From positions 4,192,001 through 4,256,000 of the forward strand of contig OZ220089.1 of the NCBI GenBank assembly GCA_964291625.2: a stretch of DNA of 64,000 bases, given 5' to 3'. Numbering within the stretch: the stretch's first letter is position 1; every line of letters begins with the position of its first letter. The notes under the pieces are model-generated. The model had not been told where the DNA came from. It did not search any database and worked only from the letters and a program-made list of their open reading frames with translations. Shown in pieces: positions 62,662 to 64,000 of the stretch. Both the position numbers and the translations under genes were made by a program. This stretch comes from Candidatus Latescibacterota bacterium. Its GTDB lineage: Bacteria; Latescibacterota; UBA2968; UBA8231.

Positions 62662-64000
62662 TGGGCCGGCGGCTTGTGCAGGTCGCCCTGCCGCCCCCCC
62701 TGTCGCGGCAGCTCACCTACAGCGTGCCCCCCGAGCTCGGCGCCCTCGTCGGTCCGGGGGCGGTGGTGCTCGTGCCCGTCCAGCAACGCCTGGTCACCGG
62801 CTTCGTCGTCACCGACGAGCCCGCCGAGCCGGAGGTTGCGCCCGGCCGCATCCGCGACATCACCCAGGTGGTCGATACCGAGGCTCCCATCAGCGCCGAG
62901 GTGGTGCGGCTGTGCGCCTGGCTTGCGGACTACTACATGGCGCCGGTGGGCGCGGCCCTGGCGGCGGCCCTGCCCCCCGGCGTGCGCCTGACCTCCAGCC
63001 GCACCGTGCGGCTGACGGAGGCGGACGGCGCCCCCCCTCCCCCGGACCCGGCCCAGGACCGGGTGCTCTCCGAGCTCAGGCGCGCCCGGGGACCGCTGAA
63101 GGTGACCACCCTGCGCAGCCGTTTGGGCAAGCGCGGGCTGGAGGGCGCCCTTCGGCGGCTGCTTCAGCACGGACGGATCGAGATGCGGCCGGACCTGGCG
63201 GGAGGAGCGGCTCGGGCGCGGCGGCGCCAGCTCGTGCGCGTGGCCGACCCGGACCGGGCCCGTGACGACCTGCCGGCGGTGACCCGGCGCGCCCCGGCCC
63301 AGGGGCGCTGCCTCCAGCACCTGCTGCAGGCCGGTCCCGTGCCCAAGCGCCGCCTCCTGGAGGAGGGATTCGGCTACGCCGTCCTGAAGGGGCTGCAGGG
63401 GAGGGGGCTGACCGAGACCGTGGAGCAGGAAGTCCTGCGCGATCCCCTGGCCGCTCTCGACGTGGCGGATTCGCCCGCGCCGGAACCCACGGCCGACCAG
63501 CAGGAGGTCCTCGGGCGCATCCACTCCGCCCTCGATGGGGGCCGCTTCGAGCCACTTCTCCTGCGCGGGGTCACCGGCAGCGGCAAGACCCTGGTCTACC
63601 AACTGGCCGTGGAGCGGGTCCTGCGGTCGGGCCGCAGCGCCATCGTCCTCACCCCCGAGATCGCCCTGGCCTGGCAGATGGTGCGCCGCTTCCGGGCCCA
63701 CTTCGGAGCGACCGTGGCGGTCCTCCACAGCCAGTTGTCGGCGGGGGAGCGCTACGACACCTGGCGCCGGCTCCGGCGCGGCGAGCAGAGGCTCGTCATC
63801 GGCGCCCGATCCGCCGTGCTGGCCCCGGTGAAGGGGCTGGGGCTGATCGTCGTCGACGAGGAGCACGACGGCTCCTACTTCCAGGACGACCTGGAGAGTC
63901 AACAGCCGCTGGTCTACCATGGCCGCGACCTGGCGGTGATGAGGGCGCGCCTGGCCGGCGTGCCGGTCATCCTCGGGTCGGCGACGCCGAGCCTCGAGTC
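62661..64000 (+). CDS. priA: Primosomal protein N', truncated by the window edge
   Basis: Manual translation from ATG 62661: VQVALP...LTYSVP, WLADYY, LRGVTGSGKT, PEIAL, IGARSAV, IVVDEEHD, LGSATPSLE. Confidence 0.95.
   Translation, partial: MGRRLVQVALPPPLSRQLTYSVPPELGALVGPGAVVLVPVQQRLVTGFVVTDEPAEPEVAPGRIRDITQVVDTEAPISAEVVRLCAWLADYYMAPVGAALAAALPPGVRLTSSRTVRLTEADGAPPPPDPAQDRVLSELRRARGPLKVTTLRSRLGKRGLEGALRRLLQHGRIEMRPDLAGGAARARRRQLVRVADPDRARDDLPAVTRRAPAQGRCLQHLLQAGPVPKRRLLEEGFGYAVLKGLQGRGLTETVEQEVLRDPLAALDVADSPAPEPTADQQEVLGRIHSALDGGRFEPLLLRGVTGSGKTLVYQLAVERVLRSGRSAIVLTPEIALAWQMVRRFRAHFGATVAVLHSQLSAGERYDTWRRLRRGEQRLVIGARSAVLAPVKGLGLIVVDEEHDGSYFQDDLESQQPLVYHGRDLAVMRARLAGVPVILGSATPSLE

Overview
High-GC (about 70% by eye) diderm bacterial DNA. 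The protein families point to an FCB-group lineage such as Ca. Latescibacterota (inference only). Left (1-10.5 kb): catabolic and secreted-protein genes (Ldh_2 oxidoreductase, SDR, PhyH dioxygenase, aldehyde dehydrogenase, CRTAC1/ASPIC protein, TPR protein). Centre (10.9-32.6 kb, plus a second cassette at 42-47 kb): a tightly packed, same-strand operon of envelope proteins that I cannot match to a described system. It encodes a secreted protein ending in a 'SWGRVK' motif, three paralogous proteins ending in a 'PNGDGxND...VAY' FlgD/CHU_C-like domain, two paralogous predicted outer-membrane proteins with Asp/Asn-rich loops, a parvulin lipoprotein, a 1464-aa M28-like pseudo-peptidase/PA/FtsX fusion, two near-identical DUF6785-type polytopic membrane proteins and an OPT-family transporter with unusual insertions. 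A decayed copy of the M28-FtsX 3' end in front of the OPT gene shows the two cassettes share an origin. A CRTAC1/TPR/ABC block (33.4-41.9 kb) separates them. Right (47-64 kb): tRNA-Lys(CTT) followed by housekeeping genes (efp, gcvH, HNH, scpAB, rluB, cmk, rpsA, mutS, rlmB, lptD, dtd, maf, rodZ, priA). Two genes carry single-base frameshifts in G runs. I saw no CRISPR array, integrase or transposase. All family calls come from motif recognition by eye, not database searches.
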